A stretch of 64,000 nucleotides of DNA, taken from contig NC_043014.1 in assembly GCF_006345805.1 (NCBI RefSeq), positions 5,518,001 through 5,582,000 of the forward strand. The letters are read 5' to 3'. Of the stretch, positions 26,098-39,225 are shown piece by piece. The stretch is from Octopus sinensis (Eukaryota). Each line of letters starts with the position of its first letter. Positions within the stretch are counted from its first letter, which is position 1. A program made the translations under genes and the position numbers. The notes beneath the pieces are model-generated. The model was not told the DNA's origin. It ran no database searches and saw nothing but the letters and a program-made list of their open reading frames with translations.

Positions 26098-29000
26098 CAT
26101 ACATAAGTACATACATACACCCAGACAGACACACAGACACACACAGACACACATACAGACATACAGACACACACACAGACGCACAGAACTATAGATACAT
26201 ACACTATTGTCTGTTTCTTCGGATGACGTTTTGTGCTTAATTGCCGAAGAATTCCTGGGATGATTTGTTTCCAGAGCTCCCTCCGTCAAATTAATGGACA
26301 TGTCCAGAAATGTGCCATAAGATTAGTTGTCGATATATTTGCAGTGCAATGTAAATAGTTTTGCTCAAGATTCTGTTTGAATCGAACGTACAACCCTTTG
26401 TTCGTGAGTTTAGAACCTGAAGCACTAAACCACGTTGAAATATTTTAGCGTATATAAATATATGCATCTATCCCTATAAGGAAGACTTACAGAAACGAAC
26501 AAACACGCATTCACATGCGGAAAGATACACACAAACGCATATATATCGGATTGTTGGACCGCGGAATTCCGCACAGATCTTTTTCCGTGAAAATAAATAT
26601 CTTTTCCATTGAAAGAAAAATAAAAGTCTCCAAAACCGTGTATCTCTCACTATACGTCAACATGCACGAAGAATGTAGCAAATACATTTGGGAAAACGGT
26701 TGTTCCAGTTTATAAATCTACAAGTAGAAGGGTAGATATCCCAGTATTTATTGATTTCGCTTTCTGTGTCGAATTGGCACCCAAAGCTCTACGTAATCTA
26801 TTTTAAAAAATGTATTTAACTTTCCGTACTGGTTTCTTCAGCTGAAGGCACCGTCACGTCCGAACGAACATTAGCGAGCAAGTATAAATTCAAAATTGAA
26901 ATAAATTATCATTATCTTTAAAAAATAATGATAAAATGGCCAACGAACATAATCTAAATATGAAAATATATATGAAAAGTCAGTGTACAGTAAGTAACTA
27001 TTTGCATGAAAGAAGAATGAAATTCCAAAACCACGCATCTCTCAATATATATAAACACGCACGAAGAATGGTGCAAATACATTCTGAATTTTCAATTTAT
27101 GTTTTTGTTTGTTCGCCACATTTCGTCTGGAAATCGCGGGGCCTTCAACTGAATAATGGTACACAGAAAGGTAAATATATTTTTAAAATTAGGTTACGTA
27201 GAAAGCGAAATGAATCGTGTCTGAGATATCTACCCGCCTTTTGGAAGATTTACAAACTGGAAGATTAGTTTTTCTAAATGCATTTGCAACATTCTCCGTG
27301 CGTGTTTTCGTTCGTTAGGCTTAATTAACTCTCATTGTGATGGGTTTGCTTTTGCCATATAAAAGCATGAAATAAAGGAGTACCCGATGCACAGAGGAGA
27401 CAAGAAAGCGGTAAGCCACCAAGATGTAACACAACGATGAAAATTTGGTGGAATTAACAATGAAGTTGTCTCCCACATCTTCAAAAGAAGCTGTCCAAAA
27501 GTGCCATTATTGTATTGCTTAGCTTTAAATTCTAAACATGGATGAATTTTCTGAAAATCTATTTCTATGATGTTATTTCTACTTTTTCACAGAACCGTTT
27601 CCTTTCCAAGAAATCTCTGGATGACAAAGCTGTTCACACGCCAAGTAAGAACTAATTTTATATCGTGCAAGATAAAAACGTGTTATTACCGGATTAAATA
27701 TTATAAAATATTCTGTTTCAATCTCTGTTAGCTAAATTCATTTAAATGTGTCTCCTCACCTACTGGCTTCCAATTTTTTGCGGGTTCCATTCGTTTTTCA
27801 TATTTTACATAATCTGCTCAACGATATACACAACTTTAAGTTGCATGCTTAAATGAATTTGAAAATGTGACCCTCCTATACTATGATATTTACTATGTTT
27901 ATATGAGTTTATATTCAGGACCACGTCAATAAATGAAAGCAATTTTGTGTACATGTAAGACTATAATCTGGAAAAAAGTATGTAAGAAATATTTTCATTT
28001 CAGATCAAATATTAGTGTAAGCAATAAGAAATTGTAGGGTTTACCCTATGTTGTAGTAAGAAACCGAATCAATAAAACCATCCACATATTGTTGTTGCTC
28101 AGTAATTCTGCGAGTCTGGTGGTTGTAGAGAAACCAGGCACCTGTCTTCGTGTGCCATTCCAGAGGGAAGCAATTGTTATTAAGATTACCGGTTTAGTTG
28201 ACAAGCGTAACCAATCTGAACCGATGGGTATTATCTACCCATCTCTTTTCTGGTCTACCCCCAGATCCCTCGCCGGCTGATCCAGATTGAAGAGTTTGTA
28301 TTGTGATTCCTTTCTGTGAGATTGAAATCGCATTTCCTTAGTACCGGAGCTGTCACCTCTCAATGCAGAGAATCAGAAGTTCGAACTGGAGACATTTGCT
28401 GATCTCTGATTAACCATCGCAGTCGAATAACGTTGCTCAAGAGATCCCTTGCAATTCGCATAATTTCGGTCGTAGTATTTCAGTCACGAAATTTTAATTT
28501 CAACACCAATAGTTAATGTCTTTTACCTTCGTGTTCTGTAATGTTTCTGGTTTAGTGTTCCGTACATTTGCAGGTCCTATACTTAAGAATATTCTAGAAA
28601 TATTTTTAAAGGCAACACTTCTTTCATTATAATTAATGATATTCACTTTTCTAATTTATAAAATGATATTATACTAAATAGCTTTTAAATACAGATATTT
28701 TAAAGACAAATGTTAAATTCTCTTTGCACCTAAAATTAAAAGTCAATTAATAGCAGCATATCTGTTACAAATAAATACATTTCTACAGAAATTTTTTTTT
28801 GAAATAATGTTACAGTCTAATTAAATCATTAAAAAATTAGTTGTAATGAGTTAAATTTGTATTTCACTATGCTTTTTATATGTATATATTCTAATGCATA
28901 AAAGCAAATAATAAAAATATGAAATCGCAAAAATAAATTTCATTACTGTTAAATAATTTTAGACAGGCTTTTCCTAAACTTATTTTTCTCATTGAACGAT

Positions 29001-32000
29001 TTCATTCCACTTCAAATAATATATTTCTTCTCTGAAAAAGAAATAAATATCTTGATTTCTTAAAATTATCACCAGTAACCTTTCGTTACTTACAGCTACA
29101 GAGATGACTTTGTAGCTAATATATTTGGCAAAGCTTTCACCATAATATACGTTTCATAGAGCTCTATTACCACGATACGGAAAGAAGCGGCTTCCAGCGG
29201 CTACAGAGAATCCGTTTAAGCGCTGTCTACATTCAAACTAAGTGATCAATGGAATCAGATTATGCTTATCATAACACAAAATATATTAAAATAACAAAAG
29301 TACTTCAATTTTTTGACAATGATTACTTTTTCTTGATTCCTTAAAACCACACAACTTTTGTAACACATTTTCTTGGCTAGTTTTCATCATAAATTCCATC
29401 CCATATAGCACTTCCATTTGAACGTAGCTACTGTACCGTCTTCTTTAACAAGAGCTGAGATGTTCTGATGAAAATTCAACTTTTCTGGTTACTTACCATT
29501 TTCTTCGCCACTTAAATTTATACAACTTTCTCCAAACTAATAATCTTCACCAAAAGTTCCTTCGCAATGAACACATTCTTTTAAATCTAATTATATACGT
29601 TCCTTAAAAAATAACCAATATATGTTGATTCAAAGTGAAATTTTTATCCTTACCCTCCACTTTTGATCTAGCCTTTAATTTAATTTTTGATCAAACCTTT
29701 TATTTGATGCTCCAACCTTGAATAAATTTACCTTAAAAAATTTAGCTCCAGACTCGATCATCATTGCTAAAAACCGCATTGAATTCGGCTGAGAAGTGAA
29801 TTAGTGATGAATGATGCAAATCTTTACCAGTAACTAAAAGTATACATTCACCCCCAGGCGTGGGGGACTATTTCTCGGGATCAGCTTTACGTTCATAGGA
29901 GAAAGAATTTTCAAACCCTTTGTTTGTTTATTTGTTTGTTTGTTTGGTTATTTGTTTGTTTGTTTGTTTCTTTCTTTCTTTCTTAACACATAAAATCCTC
30001 TGTCCTACATAACCTTAGTTGGTTCGTTCGTTCGTTCCTTCCGTCCTACATTCCTCCTTTCATTCCTTCCTTCTTTCTTTCCTTCCTCCCTTTCTTCCTT
30101 TGTTTCTATCTGTCTTACTGTCTTTCTTTCTTTTTTCTACCTTTATTCTTTCCTTCTTTCCTTCTTTCATTGTTTCTTCGTTCCTTCTTTCCTTCCATCC
30201 CTCCTTCCTTCCCTCTAACCCTTCCTTACTTCCTTCTTTCTTTCCTTCCTTTCTTTCTTCCTTCCTTCCTTCCTTCCTTCCTTCCTTCCTTCCTTCCTTC
30301 CTTCCTTCTAATCATTGTCTCCCCAATTCATTAATTCCCAGCCAAGAAATTCTCTCCCACATGGTTCACCAATTATTTTCTTTTAAACTACATTCTTTCC
30401 TTCGCAGCTTCACAGGACCCGGTCCTGGGTCCCTGTATGCCCGGTGGGATGCAACAAGATGTCCACGCAACACCAGTCTGGTATACGATAGTTAGTATAT
30501 TCTGTTTCTATTCTTTCACTCTATTTCTTTCTTTCACTCTCACTTTCTCTTCATCTCTCTCCCTCTCTCTCCTTCTTTCTGATCTACACAAACGTTTGTC
30601 CTGTTATAATATATCACGTTTTAAACGGCGATTATAGATTCTCTTGAGATTACACAAAACTACTAACTCCGTTAAATTAATTTGGTCATAGCCGAAGTAT
30701 AAATGCCGTCAAGTGTGACACGATATCCCAGTACACCGTCTGGAACGTCACCTGCAGAATTAATATTCGCTAGGAAGATTAGATCTGTGTTCGAGAAGAT
30801 GCCACAGTGTAAAACTTGAAAAATATCGGACAACAAATGTAATACAATATATTTCATAATTGATGACAAACTTTGATAAAAATAAATATGCAAAAACGGC
30901 AAGAGAATGTGAGAAGACGGAGTAATTGCTAATCAGAATAGTAAAGTGTTACTTCCCAATATTAGTATAAAAGACTTATGAACCAACATAAAAAAATGTG
31001 GTTTACTGAGGTTTAACGTCAACGGAAACCAAATTAATGAACAGATCCAAAAATGTTCCATACGATCAGGTGTCGATATATTTGCAGTGCAATGTAAATA
31101 GTTTTGCTCAAGAACACAACTTGAATCGAACGTACCACCCTTTGTTCGTGAGGTTAAAACCCGAAGCACTAAACCACGTTTAAATATTTTAGCGTATATA
31201 AATATATGCATCTATCCCTATAAGGCAGACTTACATAAACGAACAAACACGCATTCACATGCGGAAAGATACACACAAACGCATATATATCGGATTGTTG
31301 AAGCGCTGAATTCCGCGCAGGTCTTTTTCCGTGAAAATAAATATCTTTTCCATTGAAAGAAAAATAAAAGTCTCCAAAACCGTGTATCTCTCACTATACG
31401 TCAACATGCACGAAGAATGTAGCAAATACATTTGGGAAAACGGTTGTTCCAGTTTGTAAATCTACAAGTAGAAGGGTAGATATCCCAGTATTAATTGATT
31501 GGCATCTGAAGCTCATCAGCAAGTCTTACTAAGTAAACTATTTAAAAAAATGTATTTAACTTTCCGTGCTCGTTTGTTCAGCTGAAGGCAACGTCACATC
31601 CGAACGAACATTAGCGAGCAAGTATAAATTCAAAATTGAAATAAATTATCATTATCTTTAAAAAATAATGATAAAATGGCCAACGAACATAATCCAAATA
31701 TGAAAAATATATATGAAAAGTCAGGGTACAGTAAGTAACTATTTGCATGAAAGAAGAATGAAATTCCAAATCCACGTATCTCTCAATATAGGTAAACACG
31801 CACGAAGAATGGTGCAAATACATTCAGAATATTCAATTTATGTTTGTTCGCCATTGTTGATTTCGGAAGTCGCGGGTCTTCAATTGAAAAAAGGTACACG
31901 GAAAGGTAAATATATTTTTAAAAGTTGGTTACGTAGAAAGCGAAATGAATTGATTCTGGGATATCTACCCACCTGTTTGTAGATTTACAAACTGGAAGAA

Positions 32001-35000
32001 TAATTTTTCTAAATGCATTTGCTACATTCACCGTGTGTGTTTAAATTCTAAACATTGATGAATTTTCTGAAAATCTATTTCTATGATGTTATTTTTTTTT
32101 TTCACAGAACCATTTCCATTACCAGAAATGTCTCGATGATAAAGATGTTCACACGCCAAGTAAGGACTAATTTTATATCGTTTAAGATAAAAACGTAAAA
32201 GAAATGTCCGTGGCCGGATTAAATATTATAAAGTATACTGTTTCAATCTCTCTTAGCTAAATTCATTGAAATGCGTCTACTCACCTACTGGCTTCTAAGT
32301 TTTTTCGGATTCCATTCGTTTTTCACTGCTCAACGAAATACACAACTTTAAGTTGCATGCCTAAATTAATTTGAAAATGTAACCCTCTTATGCTATGATA
32401 TTAACTATGTTTATATGAGTTTATATTCAGGAACACGTCAAAAAATGAAAGCAATTTTGTGTACATGTGAGTCTATAATCCGGAAAAAGTATGTAAGAAA
32501 TATTTTCAGTTCAGATCTAATGTTAGTGTAAGCAATAAGAAATTGTAGGGTTTACCCTGTGTTGTAGAAAGAAACAGAATCAATAAAACCATCCACATAT
32601 TGTTGTTGCACAGTAATTCTGCGACTCTGGTGGTTGTAGAGAAATCATGCACCTGTCTTTGAGTGCCATTCCAGAGGGAAGCAATTGTTATTAAGATTTT
32701 CTAGCCTTTATTTAACTTTTGATCAAACCTTTTATTTGATGCTCCAACCTTGAATTAAATTATCTCAAAAAATTTAGCTCAAGACTCGATCATCATTGCT
32801 GAAAAACCGCATTCAATTCGGCTGAGAAGTGAATTAGTGATGAATCATGCAAATCTTTACCAGTAACTAAAAGTATACATTCACCCCCAGGCGTGGGGGA
32901 CTATTTCTCGGGATCAGCTTTACGTTCAGAGGAAAAATAATTTTCAAACCCTTTGTTTGTTTGTTTGTTTGTTTCTTAATTTCTTTCTCTCATTCTTTCG
33001 TTCTTCCTTTCTTTCTTTCATTCATTCTTTCTTTCTTTTTACTTTAAATCCTCTATCAAGTTCCCATCTACCCTTCCTTCCATCTTTCCTTCCTTCAGTC
33101 CTTCCTTCCTTCCTTCCTTCCACCCCTCCTCCCTCCCTTCCTTCCTTCCTTCCTTCCTCCTCCACTTCCTTCCTTCCTTCCATCTTTCCTTCCTTCCTTC
33201 CTTCCTTCCTTCCTTCCTTCCTTCCCCCCTCCCCCTCTTCCTTCCTTCCTTCCTTCCTTCCTTTCTTTCTTCCTTCCTTCTTTCTTTCCTTCCATTCTTC
33301 CTTTGTTCCTTCCTCCCTCTTTCCCACACTTCCTTCCGCCCTTCCTTTTTCCTTCCTTCCTTCCTTCCCTTCCTTCCTTCCTTCCCTCCTTCTTTCCTTC
33401 CTTCTTTCCTTCCTTCCTTCCTTCCTTCCTTCCTTCCATCCTTCCTCCCTTCCTCCCTCCCTTCCTTCCTTCTTTCCTTCCGTCCTTCCTTCCTTCCTTC
33501 CTTCCTTCCTTCTTCTGTCCTTCCTTCCTTCCTTACTTCCTTCCTTCTTTCCTCCCTTCCTTCCTTCCATCCTTCCATCCTTCCTTCCTTCCTTCCTTCC
33601 TTCCTTCCTATCTTCTAATCATTGTCTCCCCAATTCATTAATTCCCAGCCAAGAAATTCTCTCCCACATGGTTCACCAATTATTTTCTTTTAAACTACAT
33701 TGTTTCCTTCGCAATTTCGCAGAACCCGGTCCTGGATCCCTGTATACCCGGTGGGGTAGAACAAAATGTCCACGTAATTCCAGTCTGGTATACGATGGTT
33801 AGTATATTCTGTTTCTAATCTCTCACTCTATTTCTTTCTTTCTCACTCTCTCCCTTTCTCTTCCTCTCTCCCTCTCCCTCCTTCTTTCTGATCTACACAA
33901 ACGTTTGTCCTACTTTATCCGTTGAATTTTTTTGGTCATAGCCGAAGTATAAATGCCGTCAAGAATGATCACACGAACAGGATATCATCGAAACTACCCC
34001 CTTGAACCAAACCACAGAATATAGTTAACTAAGGACTGTATGCATTCACTACGCACTATTCCACCACTTAATCACGCTAGTGCCCCATGGTTAGGCAATT
34101 CTGAGCTTTCCACACTATTTTCCACCACTTCCCCATCAAGTTTTCTTTTTTTAAACGAGATTTGCTTTTGCTTGAAATACGATGGAACAGATTTTACCTG
34201 TCTATAACCGAACCTTTAACGGTTTCCTTAAAGGTATCCCAATTTAGCCTAAAATGAACCTTACAATCCTTTCTCCACTCACTTTCCTGAAGACGTAAAA
34301 TAACTCCAGTGATGCAGCAAATAAAGCCAACGTGACCGTAACGTGTATCTTCACGCGACCTGTCCACGACTAGCCGAGAGTTTTAGCTACGCTGTGCAGG
34401 ATGTTCTGTTTAATAACTTTAAACTACCCATCGACTGTCAATACTCTGCACCTCACCGTGTTCTTCTATTTTGTATTGGTTAAAAATTCCTTGTATCGTT
34501 CTTTAATTTTATCTCCGTTAAAATTTGAACAAAATCGTCTTTTCCATTTTAGAGGAAATGCGTGACGTAACGGCCTTCCCTTCGCACTCTTTTGACATCT
34601 GCACACAACCATCTACAGCCATGTATCTAGACATTTTTATACATATTTCCAACACAAATACCTAAGCCTACACCTACCACATAAATATACAAACATACAA
34701 ACAAAACGTACACACGTAAAGACAGTCAACGTTCAAACATACTCCCCACACACACGCGCACACACATAGACAAAAGTGCACACACACACACACACACACA
34801 CACATACATAGACACTTAGACCCAATGACACACAAACACTTATCTGTGTCTATTTATGAAAAATAAATTGATATTGAAAGTTCCTTTCCGCAGATTTCTG
34901 TTAATTCACCTTTCACTTATTTCACATATGACTTAACTTTATATTTTATTAACTTGTTATGTTCTTACCAATTCTAGGTGTGGTTGGTGGATCAGCGTAT

Positions 35001-35477
35001 AACGAAACAGGCGGAGGAAGTAATCTCTTGTGTCTACCTAACGATCCCATTTGGGCCAGTTATACTCCAGCAGCTGAAGGTTATGGTCACATGTATGGCA
35101 GTGAATATGAAATATTATCATATGGGAAAAAAATCTTTTCTTTTGCTAATGCTGAATCACTTCATGATCACAACGTTCCGTGTGCTGTCTGTTTGACACG
35201 ACAACCTGCTGTTGTTATGATGTTACCAGCCAGGACACAGTGTTACTCTGGTTGGACGGCTGAATATTCAGGATATTTGATGACCGAGCGTCATAGTCAT
35301 AAGGGCAGACATGAATATGTGTGTGTGGATTATGCACCAGAAGCTGATCCAGCGGGTTACAGAGACGAAAATGGAGCTTTATTATATTTTGTGGGGGCAG
35401 TTTGTGGTTCATTGCCATGTCCACCGTATGTCTATGGTCGCGAATTAACCTGCGTTGTGTGCAGTAAATATAGTTGA
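21598..35477 (+). CDS. Paralog C: short-chain collagen C4-like protein with duplicated internal exons; best canonical path 21598-21741, 27593-27644, 33723-33797, 34978-35477
   Basis: Same exon sizes (144/52/75/500), GT..AG boundaries and an intact exon 4 ending CSKYS*. Extra exon copies lie at 30416-30490 and 32108-32159. Confidence 0.8.
23023..23446 (+). mobile_element. Full-length tRNA-derived SINE in intron 1 of C
   Basis: A-box-like TGGCTGTGTGG (23034-23044), B-box-like GGTTCAGTCCC (23077-23087), internal (TA)n and a (CAAAAGAG)n-type tail. Confidence 0.85.
23501..23820 (-). mobile_element. Second SINE of the same family, internally deleted, inverted tail-to-tail with the first
   Basis: Reverse complement of the SINE tail (TACTCTTT repeats, TTTCAGTCATTTGACTGCGGCCATGCTGGAGCAC) and head (GGGACTGAACCC...CCACACAGCCACTCC). 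Confidence 0.85.
23877..24645 (-). mobile_element. Non-coding tandem repeat of Penelope pLTR / non-LTR retrozyme type: 475-bp monomer with partial flanking copies
   Basis: AATTTAGGGTAGCAAAAAATTCA...TCGCTACCAGCG recurs at ~23880, 24125 and 24600. The period 24121-24596 is 475 bp. The repeat contains a hammerhead motif. Confidence 0.7.
24340..24440 (-). ncRNA. Type I hammerhead ribozyme
   Basis: Minus strand reads UCUUUUA-CUGAUGA-AGUGU..(long hairpin)..ACACC-GAAA-CGAUGCAUCG-UA/UAAAAGA. This gives a 7-bp stem I, an intact CUGAUGA/GAAA core, a palindromic stem III and a GUA cleavage site between 24347 and 24346. Confidence 0.75.
30416..30490 (+). other. Divergent duplicate of exon 3 in paralog C (alternative cassette or pseudo-exon)
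   Basis: cacag|GACCC...GATA|gttagt, 75 nt, no stop. Encodes [24 protein letters not shown], with RWG changed to RWD. Confidence 0.7.
32108..32159 (+). other. Divergent duplicate of exon 2 in paralog C (alternative cassette or pseudo-exon)
   Basis: cacag|AAC...CCAA|gtaagg, 52 nt. Encodes [17 protein letters not shown], with 8 nucleotide differences from the canonical exon 2. Confidence 0.7.
33050..33615. repeat. Degenerate (CCTT)n polypyrimidine tract upstream of exon 3; length-variable equivalents lie before every exon-3 copy
   Basis: About 560 nt of almost pure C/T. Equivalents are at ~25-140, 9900-10090, 30040-30305, 48770-49355 and 62670-62905. Confidence 0.9.
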
Positions 35478-37030
35478 ATTTGCTTCTCTATGAAAACCTA
35501 CGTTAACCAATTACAAGACATAATATAATACCATAAACAATAAAGACATTTTAGATTCTGTTTGATAATATTTTATCGAAGTTATATAAATCGTTAAAAT
35601 ACTCTGCGCTACTAGTTAACAGAAAAATAATATAATGGAGAGAAAATCGACGCCAGAGAATGTGAGAATTATGCTTATAGAACAATGCAAAGCTGAGTGA
35701 ATAATTCTAGATAAACATTGTATAAGGATCAGTTCATAAAACTAAAATGTGGAAATAAAATTGTATTTCGTTTAACTGTATTTTGTGTTCTGTCTTAAAT
35801 ATCAATAAATCCCACTTGAAGTAATATCATAGAAATATATGATGGTTCCATCTTTTTCACAGGAATGTAAGTAGTAATCCTTTCACCACCTATTTTGTAT
35901 TTACCTGTATTTATACCACCTCGTGACCCCGCCACAAGATTAGTTGACATCCTCATAACCGGATCACGTAACCCTCACATCTTGCACCATTTCCTAAACA
36001 CTGATGCACAACAATCAGGAATGGAATCACCAGCGAGTATCGAATACGAATAATTCTCTCACTCAAAAGCAGAAAAATGGTAAATTGGAGCAAAGATTTG
36101 CTTTACAACACTTACCACATACATAGAAAGCAGAGTAAAGACAGCAAAAGGACGTAGAAACATAATGAGGGTAAGCAAAGTTACTCTGTGTAAACTGTGT
36201 GATATGTTGAGACTGTTACAGCACATCCAATAAGAAACATCACTATGTGTTTGTGTAGAATATTCCTTCGATTAAAGAGAAGATGGATATTTGGGAGACA
36301 CAACGTCTTTCATGCAAGTAATTGAGTGCCATAAGCTTGCCATTAAGAAAATGCATGTATTTAGACATTTATAATAGGAATCAACTTTAAAGGTATACAT
36401 GTGTGTGTGTTTAACCCAATAAACCTTTTGGAAAACTCGGACTTAGAATCGTAGCTATGTTTGAGTAGCACAGAGTGCGTTCTGTTTCAATAAATATTTC
36501 TGCGATATGATATTTTAGATAAGCACAACCGTCTATTTATTTGCTTAATACTATTAAACACTCGACGTATTTCCTTACTTATATGCGGTCAATATTTAGA
36601 GTTTCATATATTTTGAAATAATTTTATACTTTTTTATTTACTTTCTAATGTTTGACCCTGAAAAAAGACATGTTAATGCTTTTAATAATAAATACCTATT
36701 CATTTATACAAGGCTTTGTTTCCTTACCAAAATATTTCAATGATTGGAACAAAATCAAATGACTCACAAAAGCGATCCACCACAAACCTGCAACTTTCCT
36801 ACTTCCTGGGTACTTTTGTGCAAAGATAAAGAGTGCAGGGAAGAGCATGGCTATTCTACTGGGGGTGGGGCAAAATAAAGCAATCTAATAGATGATAATG
36901 TTTTTATTAAAAAAAAATTATGCTTAAATAAAAGTAATTCAATATAAATATGATAAAATTTACAAAGAACAAAACAAAAACAAGCAATAATAAATCTCTG
37001 AACGAGATGTAAACAGTAACCGATCGACAA

Positions 37031-37279
37031 CGTAAAGTATAATCGCCATCTCAATATGGCTAACCACCACAAAGGGTGGGTGTTACTGTAGCTTGTAGCC
37101 CCCGGAGATCATCGTCTCCAGCTGGCTTTAGGTACACTATCTATGCACTTATGGTATTTGCAAAGGCAGGTCATTGTGTGCCTAAAGCCAGCTGGAGACG
37201 ATGATCTCCTGGGGCTAAAAGCTACAGTAACACCCACCCTTTGTGGTTAGCCATATCGAGATAGCGATTATACTTTACG
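37031..37279. mobile_element. Second copy of the foldback / MITE-like element, duplicated with the spacer
   Basis: Near-identical to 3731-3979, with the same flanks. Confidence 0.7.
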
Positions 37280-37809
37280 GAAACAAAAACAGTTAAGTCT
37301 AAAACAGAATTATGAAAAACACACATGTTTAAAAAAGCAATTTTTTTCATTGCTGCAATTTTTCTAAATTAGGTTGCCTGTCATATCTTCGAAATTATCT
37401 ACAGGGTGAAATTATCTCTGGGCCAAGTTTCCTACGGTGATAATTCCTGAGACGAGTTTTCCTGAAGTTTAAGTGTTTACGGCGAATATTCCCAGAACCG
37501 TCAAAGATAAGCTAGTAAAAGCCATCGCAGTTGAATCTGGTGTTAAAAAGGGCGGCCTCCTGCCTACTACAATGTTTGCCATTTGGTTTGTTGCTGATTT
37601 CCTGCAAGCCTTTCAGGCTGTGTCACTCGCTACAGGTTAGACATTGAAATACTAGTGAATACCGACGATGACTAAAGTATACTGAAGCCCCCACCCGGCC
37701 GTTCTCGGCGTCCTGCATGCTGGAATGCATGCATTCTAATGAATTCTACAAATGTATGATACTACACACACACACACACACTTAAACAACACGCACACAC
37801 AGACACACA

Positions 37810-37852
<43 letters not shown>

Positions 37853-38793
37853 CCGCAGAGAAGATTTTGATTATCATAAATTTGTCGTCAGCAGAAATAA
37901 TTTAATGAGATTCAGTGTAAATAAAATGGAATAATCTTTAACATCATGTTTGTTATGAAGTAACCAATAAAAACACTAGACTGCATTAAATAAAGCTTTG
38001 CAGTTACAGTCTGTACAGATGTTGAACGGACAATGTAGTCCCCTACATGAATATTACAGCAGATTCGCAAAAATAAAGAAGTAAACATTAAGAAATAAAT
38101 AAATAAGTATTCTCCAACAAATAGGCATTTGTTTTCAGTTTACAAATTTGTGCTGAAGTCAGTAAAATATTCTGCTGACTGTTCTGTGTTAATCGTGGAT
38201 CATCTCCATCCAATCACAAAAGGTGTCATTTAAAAGGTGACACCCACCATTATTGTAATATCAATCTGATTGGTTCCAGAATTTACGATTAGATTTTCGG
38301 CGGGGTTGGGTTGTGGAGGGTGAAAAATATCAAAAAGCCGGAATCAGACGTCAACAATTTTCAGTTACGATCCCAAAGCGAGAAGCTCACACTTATAAAC
38401 GCCAGCTTACATCAACTTCAGATTTATAATTAAACCAAAACGAAATAATAGGCTGCACGGACGACCGAAAACCGCAATGGAAATCGCTCAGGTGGGGAAG
38501 ATCATTTGGCAGCGGTTTTCTGTTTCTTCTTTCATAACTTTTGGACTGTGTCTCGTGTTGACCATCACGATTCTTCATTTCGATGCAAGGAACAGAAAGA
38601 CAGAAGAGAAATCAACCGCAGTAAGTACAGGACACCTGAAGTTTCTATATATATATATCCATCCATCCATCCATCCATCCATCCATCCATCCATCCATCC
38701 ATCCATCGGTCCATCCATCGATCCATCGATCGATCGATCGATCCATCCATCCATCCATCGGTCCATCGGTCCATCCATCCATCCATCCATCCA

Positions 38794-38827
<34 letters not shown>

Positions 38828-38873
38828 GACACATGTATATATATGTATGGTTTATATATATATATATACATAA

Positions 38874-38923
<50 letters not shown>

Positions 38924-38924
38924 A

Positions 38925-39225
38925 ATCCAAAAGGGAAACAAAAAAACAACAACAACAGGAACAATTACAGTATTATTATTAATAGGCGCTCAGGAGATGG
39001 AAGCAGGGAGGTATGACGTTTCGAGCGGAGCTCTTCGTCGGAAACATAAAGAAGGAAGAGAGAGGAAAGAAAGATCCCAGAGCGGGCAACAGGGAAAGAG
39101 AAAAAAGACGACTGGTGTTTACGAGTTGCACATGGTGAAAGGCGGATGTTGACGAAACAAGAGCAAAGTGGGTTTTTAAAGGCAAAAGAGTGGAGACAAG
39201 GTTGGTAACCCAACAGATGTGTGTG
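38925..39225 (-). mobile_element. Penelope pLTR-like fragment with a minimal hammerhead-like motif (39014-39044), unique to intron 1 of D
   Basis: Minus strand CCGACGA-A-GAGC-TCC-GCTC-GAAAC-GTC matches the CTGANGAAG...CGAAACGTC form of PLE hammerheads, but has U4C and almost no stem I. Confidence 0.45.
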
